In this document: positions 51,301 to 63,000 of the stretch, in pieces
How positions within the stretch are numbered: position 1 is the first letter of the stretch
How the letters are laid out: every line of letters starts with the position of its first letter
Assembly: GCF_963921235.1 (NCBI RefSeq)
Contig: NC_086108.1
Span: forward strand, 27,406,001 to 27,470,000
Reading direction: 5' to 3'
Source of the DNA: Mobula hypostoma
Taxonomy: Eukaryota
DNA length: 64,000 nucleotides
Program-made: the position numbers and the translations under genes
Notes under the pieces: generated by a model
Seen by the model: the letters and a program-made list of their open reading frames with translations, nothing else
The model's database searches: none
Told to the model about the DNA's origin: nothing

Positions 51301-52494
51301 CATACCAAGTCTATTAAATATGGGGACACACAGGAGGGAGCGATCAAATTGTGCAGAAGTGTAAGGAGCTGCAGAAAATAGTGGACTCATCCCAAAACAT
51401 CAGATACATCTCGTTCCAACATCAGTAGTATCTTCAGGAAACGTTGCTTCATGAAGGCAACATCCATTATAAAACATCCCCACCACCTGGTCATGCCAAC
51501 TTCTCTTAGGCAGAAGGTAAAGAACGCTGAAGTCCCACACCACCAAGTTCAAGACCAGCTACTCAAACCTGTCAGTTCTTGAACCAACTGGCATAACCCT
51601 AAGTAATACAGTTTAGCAACACTATGAGCACCTAGATCACTTTGCACAAAAATTATGCTTTTTCCCTGTAAGTACTATGGTCATTTTATGCTTTTTTTTG
51701 TGAATATAGCTTTAATGGTGTTATATATTGTACCTGTGATGCTGCTGTTAGTGGTGTTCATTGCACCTCTGCATACGTGTATTTGTAAATATGACAATGA
51801 ACTCAACTTCGACAAAGTCAAACACGCCAGCTGTTAGGCTGATTATATCTGGGTGGCATTGGTCAGAGAATATAATGCACCTGATAATAATCTATTTTTT
51901 TTTCTTTGGATAAAAGCCGACAGTAATTTTTTTTATTTGCAGAAGTGCTTTAATATTGAAACTCACTGGTTTGAAAGTTAAATTCTGTCACACTAATCAC
52001 TGATAATTGATTATTTACAGTAAATGTGCCTTAAGGTACCTTTGGCTTCAGATGTCAATCAGAAACAATTCCAGTGAAAGCATGGAGAAGTCTGGATGGC
52101 AAACAGTAGCAGGTCCCTCAAGGCTCGGCAACCATGCGTTGAAGTGATCAGGTTTGTACAGGAGGTGCTAGAGGTCTTTTCGGAGATAATCTAGGGAGAA
52201 AATGATATACTGTACCCAGAGAGGAATCTTCTTTGTCCTCCCCTGTGTGGCCGTCCCTTATCAACAGGTGCAGGCTTCCTCTCTTCCTTCTTTTCCTCTT
52301 AACAACCCAAAGGGGAGTTAGAGGGCTTATCTGCGCAGAAGATAAATGGTGAATTTTATAAATAAATATTTGCACAGAAAATACATGCAAGTACAGTTCA
52401 TACACAGGGAGGTATTACTCTCTCTCTCTCTCTCTATATATATATAGTGTGTGCTCGTCAGCAATAGTCGATTGGATTTTCATGATGATGTAAC

Positions 52495-55232
52495 AATTAG
52501 CGTTTTGCTATTACAGTTTGGGGTATCAGAGTTTGGAGTTCAATCCCAGCATCCTCTGTAAGGCATCGCTATACATCCTACCCGTGGAATGTGTAGGTTT
52601 CTTCCGTTTCTCTTTTTCCTTCCACAGTCCAAAGATGTGCTAGATAGATCTAGTACTAGGTAATGAACCGGGTTAGGTCACAGATCTCTCAGTGGGTGGG
52701 CATCTGGGGGACAGTGACCACTACTCCCTGGCCTTTAGCATTATCATGGAAAAGGATAGAATCAGAGAGGACAGGAAAATTCTTAATTGGGGAAGGGCAG
52801 ATTATGAGGCTATAAAGCTAGAACTTGCAGGTGTGAATTGGGATGATGTTTTTGCAGGGAAATGTACTATGGACATGTGGTCGATATTTAGAGATCTCTT
52901 GCAGGATGTTAGGGATAAATTTGTCCCGGTGAGGAAGATAAAGAATGGTAGGGTGAAGGAACCATGGGTGTCTAGTCAGGTGGAAACCCTAGTCAGGTGG
53001 AAGAAGGCAGCATACATGAGGTTTAGGAAGCAAGGATCAGATGGGTCTGTTGAAGAAAATAGGGAAACAGAAAAGGAGCTTAAGAAGGGGCTGAGAAGAG
53101 CAAGAAGGGGGCATGAGAAGGCCTTGGTGAGTAGGGTAAAGGAAAACGCCAAGGCATTCTTCAATTATGTGAAGAACAAAAGGATGACAGGAGTGAAGGT
53201 AGGACCGATTAGAGATAAAGGTGGGAAGATGTGCCTGGAGGCTGTGGAAGTGAGCGAAGTCCTCAATGAATAGCTCTCTTCAGTATTCACCAATGAGAGG
53301 GAACTTGATGATCATGAGGACAATATGAATGAGGTTGATGTTCTGGAGCATGTTGATGTTAAGGGAGAGGAGGTGTTGGAGTTGTTAAAATACATTAGGA
53401 CGGATAAGTCCCCGGGGCCTGACGGAATATTCCCCAGGCTGCTCCACGAGGCGAGGAAAGAGATTGCTGAGCCTCTGGCTAGGATCTTTATGTCCTCGTT
53501 GTCCAAGGGAATAGTACCAGAGGATTGGAGGGAGGCGAATGTTGTCCCCTTGTTCAAAAAAGGTAGTAGGGATAGTCCAGGTAATTATAGACCAGTGAGC
53601 CTTACGTCTGTGGTGGGAAAGCTGTTGGAAAAAATTCTTAGAGATAGGATCTCTGGGCATTTAGTGAATCATTGTCTGATCAGGGACAGTCAGCATGGCT
53701 TTGTTAAGGGCAGATCATACCTAACAAGCCTGATAGACTTCTTTGAGGAGGTGACCAAGCATATAGATGAGGGTAGTGCAGTGGATGTGATCTATATGGA
53801 TTTTAGTAAGGCATTTGACAAGGTTCCACACAGTAGGCTTATTCAGACAGTTAGAAGGCATGGGATCCAGGGAAGTTTGGCCAGGTGGATTCAGAATTGG
53901 CTTGCCTGCAGAAGGCAGAGTGTGGTGGTGGAGGGAGTATATTCAGATCGGAAGATTGTGACTAGTGGTGTCCCACAAGGATCTGTTCTGGGACCTCTAC
54001 TTTTCATGATTTTTATTAACGACCTGGATGTGGGGGTAGAAGGGTGGGTTGGCAAGTTTGCAGATGACACAAAGGTTGGTGGTGTTGTAGATAGTGTAAA
54101 GGATTGTCAAAGATTGCAGAGAGACATTGATAGGATGCAGAAGTGGGCTGAGAACTGGCAGATGGAGTTCAACCCGGAGAAGTGTGGGGTGGTACACTTT
54201 GGAAGAACAAACTCCAAGGCAGAGTACAATGTAAATGGCTGGATACTTGGTCGTGTGGAGGAGCAGAGGGATCTGGGGGTACATGTCTACAGATCCCTGA
54301 AAGTTGCCTCACAGGTGGATAGGGTAGTTAAGAAAGCTTATGGGGTGTTAGCTTTCATAAGTCGAGGGATAGAGTTTAAGAGTCGCAATGTAATGATGCA
54401 GCTCTATAAAACTCTGGTTAGGCCACACTGGAAGTACTGTGTCCAGTTCTGGTCGCCTCACTATAGGAAGGATGTGGAAGCATTGGAAAGGGTACAGAGG
54501 AGATTTTCCACAATGCTGCCTGGTTCAGAGAGAATGCATTATGATCAGAGATTAAGGGAGCTAGGGCTTTACTCTTTGGAGAGAAGGAGGATGAGAGGAG
54601 ACATGATAGAGGTGTACAAGATAATAAGAGGAATAGATAGAATGGATAGCCAGCGCCTCTTCCCCAGGGCACCACTGCTCAATACAAGAGGACATGGTTT
54701 TAAGGTTAGGGGTGGGAAGTACAAGGGGGATATTAGAGGAAGGTTTTTTACTCAGAGAGTGGTTGGTGCGTGGAATGCACTGCCTGAGTCAGTGGTGGAG
54801 GCAGATACACTAGTGAAGTTTAAGAGACTGCTAGACAGGTATATGGAGTAATTTAAGGTGGGGGCTTACATGGGAGGCAGGGTTTGAGGGTCGGCACAAC
54901 ATTGTGGGCCGAAGGACCTGTACTGTGCTGTACTATTCTATGTTCTATGGTCTATAGGTTAATTGGTCATTGTAGACTGGCACATGATTAGGTTCGGGTT
55001 AAATCTTACCAGTCTTTTTATTAATTTAAATAAAGTACATATATACAAACAAGTGGAGGATTATCTCAAATATCTATATCCATAACAATACATATAAAAG
55101 GTAAAATAAATATTATCAAAATCATACATAGTATTAATCTCATAGTACATAATAAAAAAGTTTAGGGCTAATCAGGGTCGTTGGAGCTTGGTAAGTGGTG
55201 AAGCTTGAAGTGTCGGAATGACCTATTCTCTG
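52495..55232 (+). mobile_element. HE1/V-SINE-like SINE split by a CR1 and by an AT-rich insert (~55005-55160)
   Basis: GGAGTTCAATCCC B box and CCACAGTCCAAAGATGTGC stop at ~52649; the V-domain resumes as GGTTAATTGGTCATTGTA at ~54957; 3' part at 55163-55232. Confidence 0.65.
52650..54955 (+). mobile_element. Young CR1 LINE, 5'-truncated, with a single in-frame stop
   Basis: ORFs 52692-53273 and 53325-54851 are in the same frame, separated only by TAG at 53271-53273; complete RT (YMDFSKAFDKV, KFADDTK); tail (TTCTATG)n. Confidence 0.95.
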
Positions 55233-55239
55233 TCCATCT

Positions 55240-55603
55240 CCGGCATGGACAGAGTGGATGTGGCAAAGTTGTTTCCCATGATGGGGGAGTCTAGTACGAG
55301 AGGGCATGACTTAAGGATTGAAGGGTGGCCATTCAGAACAGAAATGCGAAGAAATTTTTTTAGTCAGAGGGTGGTGAATCTATGGAATTTGTTGCCACGG
55401 GCAGCAGTGGAGGCCAAGTCATTGGGTGTATTTAAGGCAGAGATTGATAGGTATCTGAGTAGCCAGGGCATCAAAGGTTATGGTGAGAAGGCGGGGGAGT
55501 GGGACTAAATGGGTGAATGGATCAGCTCATGATAAAATGGCGGAGCAGACTCAATGGGCCGAATGGCCAACTTCTGCTCCTTTGTCTTATGGTCTTATGG
55601 TCT
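55240..55603 (+). mobile_element. CR1 3' end
   Basis: DRVDVAKLFP...RNFFSQRVVNLWN; tail (TCTTATGG)n. Confidence 0.9.
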
Positions 55604-56340
55604 AAATAATTGACGATTCCTTCTTCAGGAGGACCAAACCATTTTGGTAGCAGCGCAGGGCCTTTGGTTTATGACCTTCCAGCATCTATTGATGTCTGCC
55701 TCAGTTGATCTCCCTGGGAACATCTTCCAGAGCCCAAGATCAAATGTTGCTGAACCATTAATAAAGAACAGGGACAGAGACCGTCATCCACCTCCTCGCA
55801 AAGTTACATGATTGTCTGCTGCAGTGAATGTCAATCTTACCTGTTTATCAAAAGACGCTCCCCTGTGCTAGCTAGGGATTGACCTGTTTAAGAAGCATTG
55901 CAGCCCTTCCCCAGATGTTGCTTGGCACCACGGTCCCGGCTGATGACATCACAGTGCTGGTAGAGTATAATCTAACACGCTGAAAGCACCTGGTCTTTCG
56001 CTCTGGGGCTCGCCAATGTACTGGTTTGCGAACAGCACTGTGTGAACAGTGGAGGTGTGCTGCAGTGAGAGAGGACCTGCAGGCACACTTTAAGTATTTG
56101 TAACTGGCTGTAACCTGAAGGGTTTGCTTAATGTTTAGTGTCTGTCCTGTCCTGTAAAGAAAGAGTTAGCTTACTTACCGGTAGTGAGTGTCTTCTGTCC
56201 CTACACACCGAACACCACAAAACTAATTTCACACAATACCGTCTTGGATCCCAAGAGCCTGAAAGCCACTTCGCAGTTTGACAGAGGTGCTGGGGAAACG
56301 ACCTTCCTCAGTAACATGGGCAGCTTAGTAGGATGCCTAT

Positions 56341-56342
<2 letters not shown>

Positions 56343-56371
<29 letters not shown>
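56343..56371. repeat. (CA)n microsatellite
   Basis: About 14 perfect units. Confidence 0.95.
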
Positions 56372-56374
<3 letters not shown>

Positions 56375-56909
56375 TCCAGACCCAACATTCAGCATTGTGA
56401 ATTCATGCTATTTTCTATGCTTCTCTGAAGTCATCAGAAAATTTCCAGAATCAATATTGATAGATTACTGATTACCGATAAGATTTTGGCAATCTGTCCA
56501 AAATTGTATACAGGTACTATACATTTTAAAACAGCTCTCAAAGGTTCATGTCTCCCACACTATTCGGGATAGCTGATAGCATCCATGATTTGGATGCAGA
56601 TTCTTGCATCTACTGTGCAAATTTGAAGCAATTGCCTCGAGCACAATCTGGGCTCCTCACACTCACTACCATTGAAGGGATAGAGTGCTCCTGCCAGAAT
56701 ATATGCTTCAGCAGCTCACAAACTTTTCTGCAGCAGTTTGCTTCCTCACTGTCAGCTAGAATCAAGTCAGGGTGAGAAATAGCAAAAGGCCTTTCGTCCT
56801 CAAACCATCAACCACCCTTTACAGGCCATGCCCAGGTTACCTGTATGTATGAAAATGGTTCTGTTATATTCAAAACCAACAAATAATCTCTCTCTCTCTC
56901 TCTCTCTCG

Positions 56910-58055
56910 TATTATTCAATGTCAGCAATACTAAAGAGCTGATTATTGACTTCAGGAGGAGGAAATTTGAAGTTGATGAGCCAGTCATCAGAAGGTCAGA
57001 GGTGGAGAGGGTCAGTAATTTTAAATTCTTCTGTGTTATTATTTTGGAGGTCCTGTCCTGGGCCCAGCACATAAGGGCAATTATGAAGGAAGCACAGCAG
57101 TGCCTTTACTTCCTCAGGAGTTTATGGAGTTTTGGCATGATGTCTAAAACTTTGACAAACTTTCATATATGTGTAGTGGAGGGTATATTAACTGGCTGTA
57201 TCACAGCCTGGTATGGAAACACCAATGCCCTTGAATGGAAAATCCTATAAAAAAACATTGGATATGGTCCAGTCCATTATGGGTAAAGCCTTTCCCACCA
57301 TTGAGCACCTCTACATGAAGCATTATCACAAGAAATCAACATCCATCATCAATGACCCCACCGTATAGGTCATGCTCTCTTCTTTCTGCTGCCATTGGGA
57401 AGAAAGTACAGGATCATCAGGACTCACACCACCAGGTTCAGGAAAAGTTATTACTCCTCAGCCATCAGGCTCCTTGATCAAAAGAGGATAACTTCGTTCA
57501 ACTTGATTTACCCGATCTCTAAACCGTTCCCACAGACTATGGACTCTTCATCTCATGTTCTCAAAACTTATTGCTTATTTTTTCTTTTTTTCTTTTTGTA
57601 TTTGCATAGTTTGTTGTCTTTTGCACAGAAGTTGGTGCAGTCTTTCATTGATTTTATTATAAAGGCATCCGTTAGTCTTGAAATCCACGGATCTGCGCCT
57701 GGAAAGTCTTCACTGTCCAGGGCGCAGGCCTGGGCAAGGTTGTATGGAAGACCGACAGTTGCCCATGCTGCAAGTCTCCCCTCTCCACAACACCGATGTT
57801 GTCCAAGACAAGGGCAAAGGCCGATACAGCTTGGCATCAGGGTCGTCGCAGAGCACTGTGTGGTTAAGTGCCTTGCTCAAGGACACAACACGCTGCTTCA
57901 GCTGGTGCTCAAATTCACAACCTTCAGATCGCTAGTCCAATGCCTTAATCACTTGCCCACGTGCCCACGATTCTACTATAGATATTATTCTATTATGGTT
58001 TTACTGAGTTTGCCCACATGACATACAGTATATGTACTTTAATGATGAATTTACT
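56910..58055 (+). mobile_element. Rex1/Babar LINE 3' fragment containing a SINE
   Basis: FNVSNTKELIIDFRR...LTGCITAWYG; GRKYRIIRTHTTRFRKSY. Confidence 0.85.
57662..57968 (-). mobile_element. tRNA-derived SINE with RTE-like tail
   Basis: Minus strand starts GGCACGTGGGCAAGTGATTAAGG (A box)...GAATTTGAGC (decayed B box), then the GTGTCCTTGAGCAAGGCACTTAAC core; 12-bp TSD GATTTTATTATA / GATTCTACTATA. Confidence 0.75.
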
Positions 58056-58611
58056 TTACTCCCTCTCCCCAGCTGCAATTAGCCCTTAATGACCTCCTGC
58101 TCATGGTGGAAGCCACAACACACTTAGTAAGATGCCAATAAACATACATTCAGTTTATGACAACATGGTGGCTGCATCAGAGGTCCTGGAGGATCTGTGA
58201 AGAATTCGCCCTTTAGCATTAACTCTTAGATCCCACATTCACACCTAGGAGACCTTACTTATTGGTCCCTCATAATGAGCTGTTATATTTCTTGCTGCAA
58301 ACCTGATGCATTGAGGTCAAAGTCATTCTGCATCTCCGTCATGAATCTCCTTCATGATCAGAACAATTCACTTGGAAATTTTCGCCAGAAATTATAAATA
58401 TGCAGTAACTCTTAACACCTCCTTAACTCTGCATATATCTACATAATTTAGGGTTGTAAATTACAGGTGGTGCTCTCTGAGCAATGTAGTCCAGAAGAAA
58501 GATTCAATTAAATTCCATTTTGTGCCATGGATAGACTCCAGTCTCGTTAGCAGGCATTTTAAATGCTCAAATCCTTGCCCGGTTGCTTGAACACAGAAGC
58601 GTGAGGTGTGG

Positions 58612-59846
58612 TGTAACACCCCTGTAGTGCTGGTCTAATCACGTGTAACTGGTCGTCGCACTCTTTATGAGAAAAATCAAATCACACCGTACTACTGTAG
58701 GTGCTAGTAGGTCATCAGAAGCTCTAGGTATCAGAAGGAGGCAGTGAACAGAAAACACACACTTACTGTGTGTGAAGGAGGTAAGTTTTATTTATATATA
58801 AAAAAACAAGATAAATAAAATATTTACATGAGTAAGAACAATTTAAAATTCCAACATTCTGTTTAGGTTCCAAATCTCAGGTATCAACAAAAACCAAATT
58901 CCTGTTTAGTTAAAATCATTGATATTCATTAGAATAACCTTTGTTACTCCAATTTCTCCAACTAGATCTAGTGTTACTCCCTATTTAAAGGTTTACAGAC
59001 TAACCTTCATTTTATTTTAATCCCTAGTTAGTTAGAAAACTAATTGAATTCCTACTCAAGTATTATGGTTAATTTCAGTTTCAGTTCAAGTCAGTATGTA
59101 TACAAATTCAAATTCAAAAATTATATAGCTTAACTTCTTTCATGACAATTCTCCAAAATCACAAATTTTAAACAAAGTAAACCTCACTCAGTAACTTAGC
59201 AAAATCTTGGCAAAAATAATCATAGTTATTGCAGAACATCAAAGTCAGTTCCTTTGAATGAAAATAAACTTAATATATCCAACTGCATTAAATCTTCTAC
59301 AGCATTTAATATTTCATTCCCGTGCTGATTCTTCAATCTTGGGTGGCTCGCCATCTTGCTTCTTGTTTCATTGGAAGAAATAATTGATCATCCATGGAAA
59401 GTCGATCCATAAAACCCACACAAAAAAAAACTCTGACCAAATTTCTTGGTATGATTTAACAAAACTAATTTCTGGTCACACAGTAGAGATCTTGAACACT
59501 TGTCTCTGCCGATATTGTCTCGTTGCAGCGGCTGCTTGTTATAGCTGTAGCTTCGATAGATCTTTTATCAATATTGTCTCTTCTCCAGGGGTTTACCTTA
59601 AGGTTTTCAAGTAAGTAGGGTAGAGATGCTCAAAAATAATTCCACTTTTGACAGTTTTATATCTTTAGTTTCTAATGGTTGGCTGCATTTCTCTCGCTTT
59701 CCCACGCTGCATCTGTCATGCCTTGTTGTTGCATAGCTTTTTTTCCCCAAGTTCTGTTTTTAAAATTTTGTAAACCTCGTTTTCCTCCCTGCACAGGTGG
59801 AGCTTTCTAACATTACACCTTTTGGGTTTAATTAACCTGGGTTACA
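58612..59846 (-). mobile_element. Solo LTR, ~1.24 kb
   Basis: TGTAAC...GTTACA termini; 4-bp TSD GTGG/GTTG (1 mismatch); minus-strand AATAAA near 58790. Confidence 0.75.
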
Positions 59847-59944
59847 GTTGCACATTGAGAGATCAAATAAAAAGAGCAAGATAAATGGTAGTCTCCGTAA
59901 TAGTGTTAAAGTACAGATTTATTTATGTGTGCATGTATGAATTT

Positions 59945-60140
59945 ATTTATTGAGATACAGTGCGGTATTGGCCCTTCTGGCCCTTCAGAATTGTGCTGCC
60001 CAGCAACCCCCAATTTAACCCTTGCATATTCACAGGACAATTTACAATGACCAATTAACCTACCAACCAGTATGTCCTTGGACTGTGGGTCAAAATTCAC
60101 CTGGTCTCAGGGAAAAGGTAGAAACTCCTTACAGACAATG
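59945..60140 (-). mobile_element. HE1/V-SINE-like SINE 3' half
   Basis: ACAATTTACAATGACCAATTAACCTAC...TTGGACTGTGGG; (TTTA)n tail. Confidence 0.75.
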
Positions 60141-60149
60141 GTGGGAATC

Positions 60150-60690
60150 TTGCAGTACAAGCCCATAGTCTACTGAAGGTTGCTGCACAAGTACTTAAGG
60201 TGTTAAAGAAGGTGTATGTGATGCTTGTCTCCATTGGTAGTCTTGAGTTTGAGTATGAAAGTCATGCTGCAGCAATATAGAACTGTGGTCAGATTACACT
60301 AGGAGTAGAGTGTGCAGTTCTTGTTTCCCAATCAGAGGAAGGATATGGAGATTGTTGAGGAGGTGCGAAAGAGTTTTACCCAGATGCTGCCATAGAGGAT
60401 ATGAACTATAAGGAAAGGTTGAACAAACTTGGGTTTTCTTCCCTGGAGCTTTGGAGACCTAATAGTGATGATCAAAATTATGAGAAACATAGAGAGGCTA
60501 AACAGGCAGAATCTGTTCCCCAGAGTAGAAACACTAAGGACATGCTCTTCAGGTTAGAGGGGGAAAGTTCAAAGGCAACGTGAGCAGCACATATTTCACG
60601 CAGAGAGTGGCAGGTCCCTGGGATGATTTACCAGATTAGTCATGGAATCATATAGCTTGGGGTCTAAAAGACTTCTAGATCATCACATAA
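60150..60690 (+). mobile_element. Old CR1 3' fragment
   Basis: NYKERLNKLGFSSLE motif, decayed. Confidence 0.65.
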
Positions 60691-61739
60691 ATATATTCCA
60701 TCTTTTCTATTTATTTAGAAGACCAGGACTGTGCAGAAGTGTGTTGTGTTGTTGGAGCTGCCAACTTTTGAATGAGATATTGAACTGAGGTTTTGACCCA
60801 GATATTTGTGACTCTATGGCACAATTCTGAACAACAGCAGAGAGATTGTTCACAGTTCTCTGACAGTCAACAGAGCACAAGCATCATGCTGCACAGAAAC
60901 AGTCCCTCAGGATCTTCATATCCACGTTGGTGATTGTACTTTTCCATATGAGTCTCATTTCTTTCATTTGGTGTTTCAAGTGCCTGTCTAGAAATAAATA
61001 AATATTTTTATAGAGTACATACAAACAATGTAGTTCAAAATGATTTACAACGTGATCAAATGCAAAAGTAAAACTAAAAGACAAAAAGATTTTAGTTAAA
61101 AGCAAAGTTAAATACATAGGCTTCGAGCTGAAATTTAACTGAGCCTGCACCCCTCATATTCTTAGGTTTTGAGTTTCAGTCTAGGTGCTCATCCAGTCTA
61201 CTGAGTCTAGGTGCTTTTAGTTACTGTGAGAGTCTGAACATCCACACTGCTCCACAATATTCATCCATCCATCAAAATGACAACAAGTAGGTATTTCGGA
61301 CATTTTCATTTGTGGGAGCTTGCTGTGAATGCACAGGTACCATATACCCCACATACCAGGATATTCTGCACTTCCAAAATAATTTACTTGCTTTGAGATT
61401 ATACCCAGGTCAAGAAAGTTGCTATATGAATACAAGTCTATGTTTCTTCCTTTCAGTTGACTTGTATGGTCCTTTTTGTTATAGGAAACATCACCGTGGT
61501 GCTGCTACATGGAAATTCAATTGTCGCACAAAACCAATGAAATCATACAAGCTATCTGATATTGATTTAGGCACTGGATATAGACATAACAGAAGCACAC
61601 TAATCTCAAACACAAAAATCCAATGAATGTTGCTGAAATTGTGAGCAACATTAAAGGCTCCAGAGGAACTCAGCAGGGCAGGCATTATCTATGGAGAGAA
61701 ATGGGCAGTCGATGTTTCTAGTCAGAACCCACTGAAATT

Positions 61740-62155
61740 ATAGACAATAGACAATAGGTGCAGGAGTAGGCCATTCAGTCCTTCGAGCCAGCACCACCAT
61801 TCACTGTGATCATGGCTGATCATCCACAATCAGTACCCCATTCCTGCCTTCTCCCCATATCCCTTGACTCTGCTGTCATTAAGAGCTCTATCTAACTCTC
61901 TCTTGAAGGCATCCAGAGAATTGGCCTCCACTGCCTTCTGAGTCAGAGCATTCCACAGATCCACAACTCTCTGGGTGAAAAAGTTTTTCCTCAACTCCGT
62001 TCTAAATGGCCTACCACTTATTCTCAAATTGTGGCCTCTGGTTCTGGACTCCTCCAACATTTGAAACATGTTTCCTGCCTCTAGCGTGTCCAATCCCTTA
62101 ATAATCTTATATGTTTCAAACAGATCCCCTCTCATCCTTCTAAATTCCAGTGTAT
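61740..62155 (-). mobile_element. CR1 3' end
   Basis: ORF 61830-62135(-): RGDLFETYKIIKGLD...RKNFFTQRVV; tail (TAGACAA)n. Confidence 0.9.
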
Positions 62156-62469
62156 GAAATTGAGGGAGTGTGTGTCAGCATGATAAAGACATTCTCAGAG
62201 AATGAATTCTACTGTGTACTAGACTTCTCCATTACAAGACCTACCAGTAGCAATTGTGGAGTGCCAGACAATCAGTCAAGAGAGAGTGGTTTCGGCTGTC
62301 TTCAGTTTTGACTCCAACCCTGTGAAGAGTCTGGCCAAGGAAACAATTGATGACTACTACTTCCTCAACTGATAGATGACTAATCTTCCATGATTAGCTA
62401 AGCAGCTGCAAGCTGCAAGAGCACAAGGTATAGTTAATTAAGGATGTCACAAGGAATGGCTCAGCACCA

Positions 62470-63000
62470 AGTTGTATACGACAGAAACAGGCCCTTAGGC
62501 CCACCATGTCTGACCATAGCCTTGGCAAATCAAGTTTCTCCTCAGGCTGTACATTCCAGATTCCAACCACTCTCTCTTGACAAAAATCCTCTATAAACCT
62601 CCTCCATCTCACCATTTACCCACATTGTCTTAGCCTTTTCCCACCTTTCAACACAGGGAAACGATTCTTAGCATCTACCCTATCTATCTCCCTCATAATT
62701 TTGTATATCTCTCTCAGATTACCCCTCAGACTCATCTGCTCCAGAGAAAACAAACACAGCCTTTCCAAATTTTCTGTGCAATTAAAATGCCATATACCAG
62801 GCATCAATCTTCTAAGCAACATACGCAAAATGCTAGAACAGCTCATCAGGTCAGGCAGCATCTATGGAATGAATAAATAACAGTCGACATTTCAGGCTTG
62901 AGACCCTTCTTCAGAACTACTAAGTCTTCTCTGCATCAACTCCAATGCAATTGCATTTTTTTCTATGGTGTAATCATCAGAACTGAACTCAGAACTCCAC
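62470..63000 (-). mobile_element. Old CR1 3' fragment interrupted by a Penelope-terminus insert (~62816-62918)
   Basis: LERLCLFSLEQMSLRGNLREIYKIM motif; the insert matches the Penelope terminus in antisense. Confidence 0.65.
62881..62918 (-). ncRNA. Minimal type I hammerhead ribozyme motif (Penelope pLTR-derived)
   Basis: Minus-strand RNA AGUU-CUGAAGA-A-GGGUCUCAAGCCU-GAAA-UGUC-GACUG: CUGANGA and GAAA cores, stem I AGUU/GACU, stem II GGG/CCU, GUC cleavage triplet. Confidence 0.6.

Noticed and set aside
55629..55811. Plus-strand acceptor followed by 60 open codons
   Set aside because: No recognisable protein similarity and no supporting upstream exon; this length is expected by chance.
57900..57968. 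tRNA gene
   Set aside because: It is the decayed tRNA-like head of a SINE with a TSD; no full cloverleaf.
57395..58021. 208-aa ORF
   Set aside because: Runs through a Rex1 3' end and an inserted antisense SINE; chimeric by chance.
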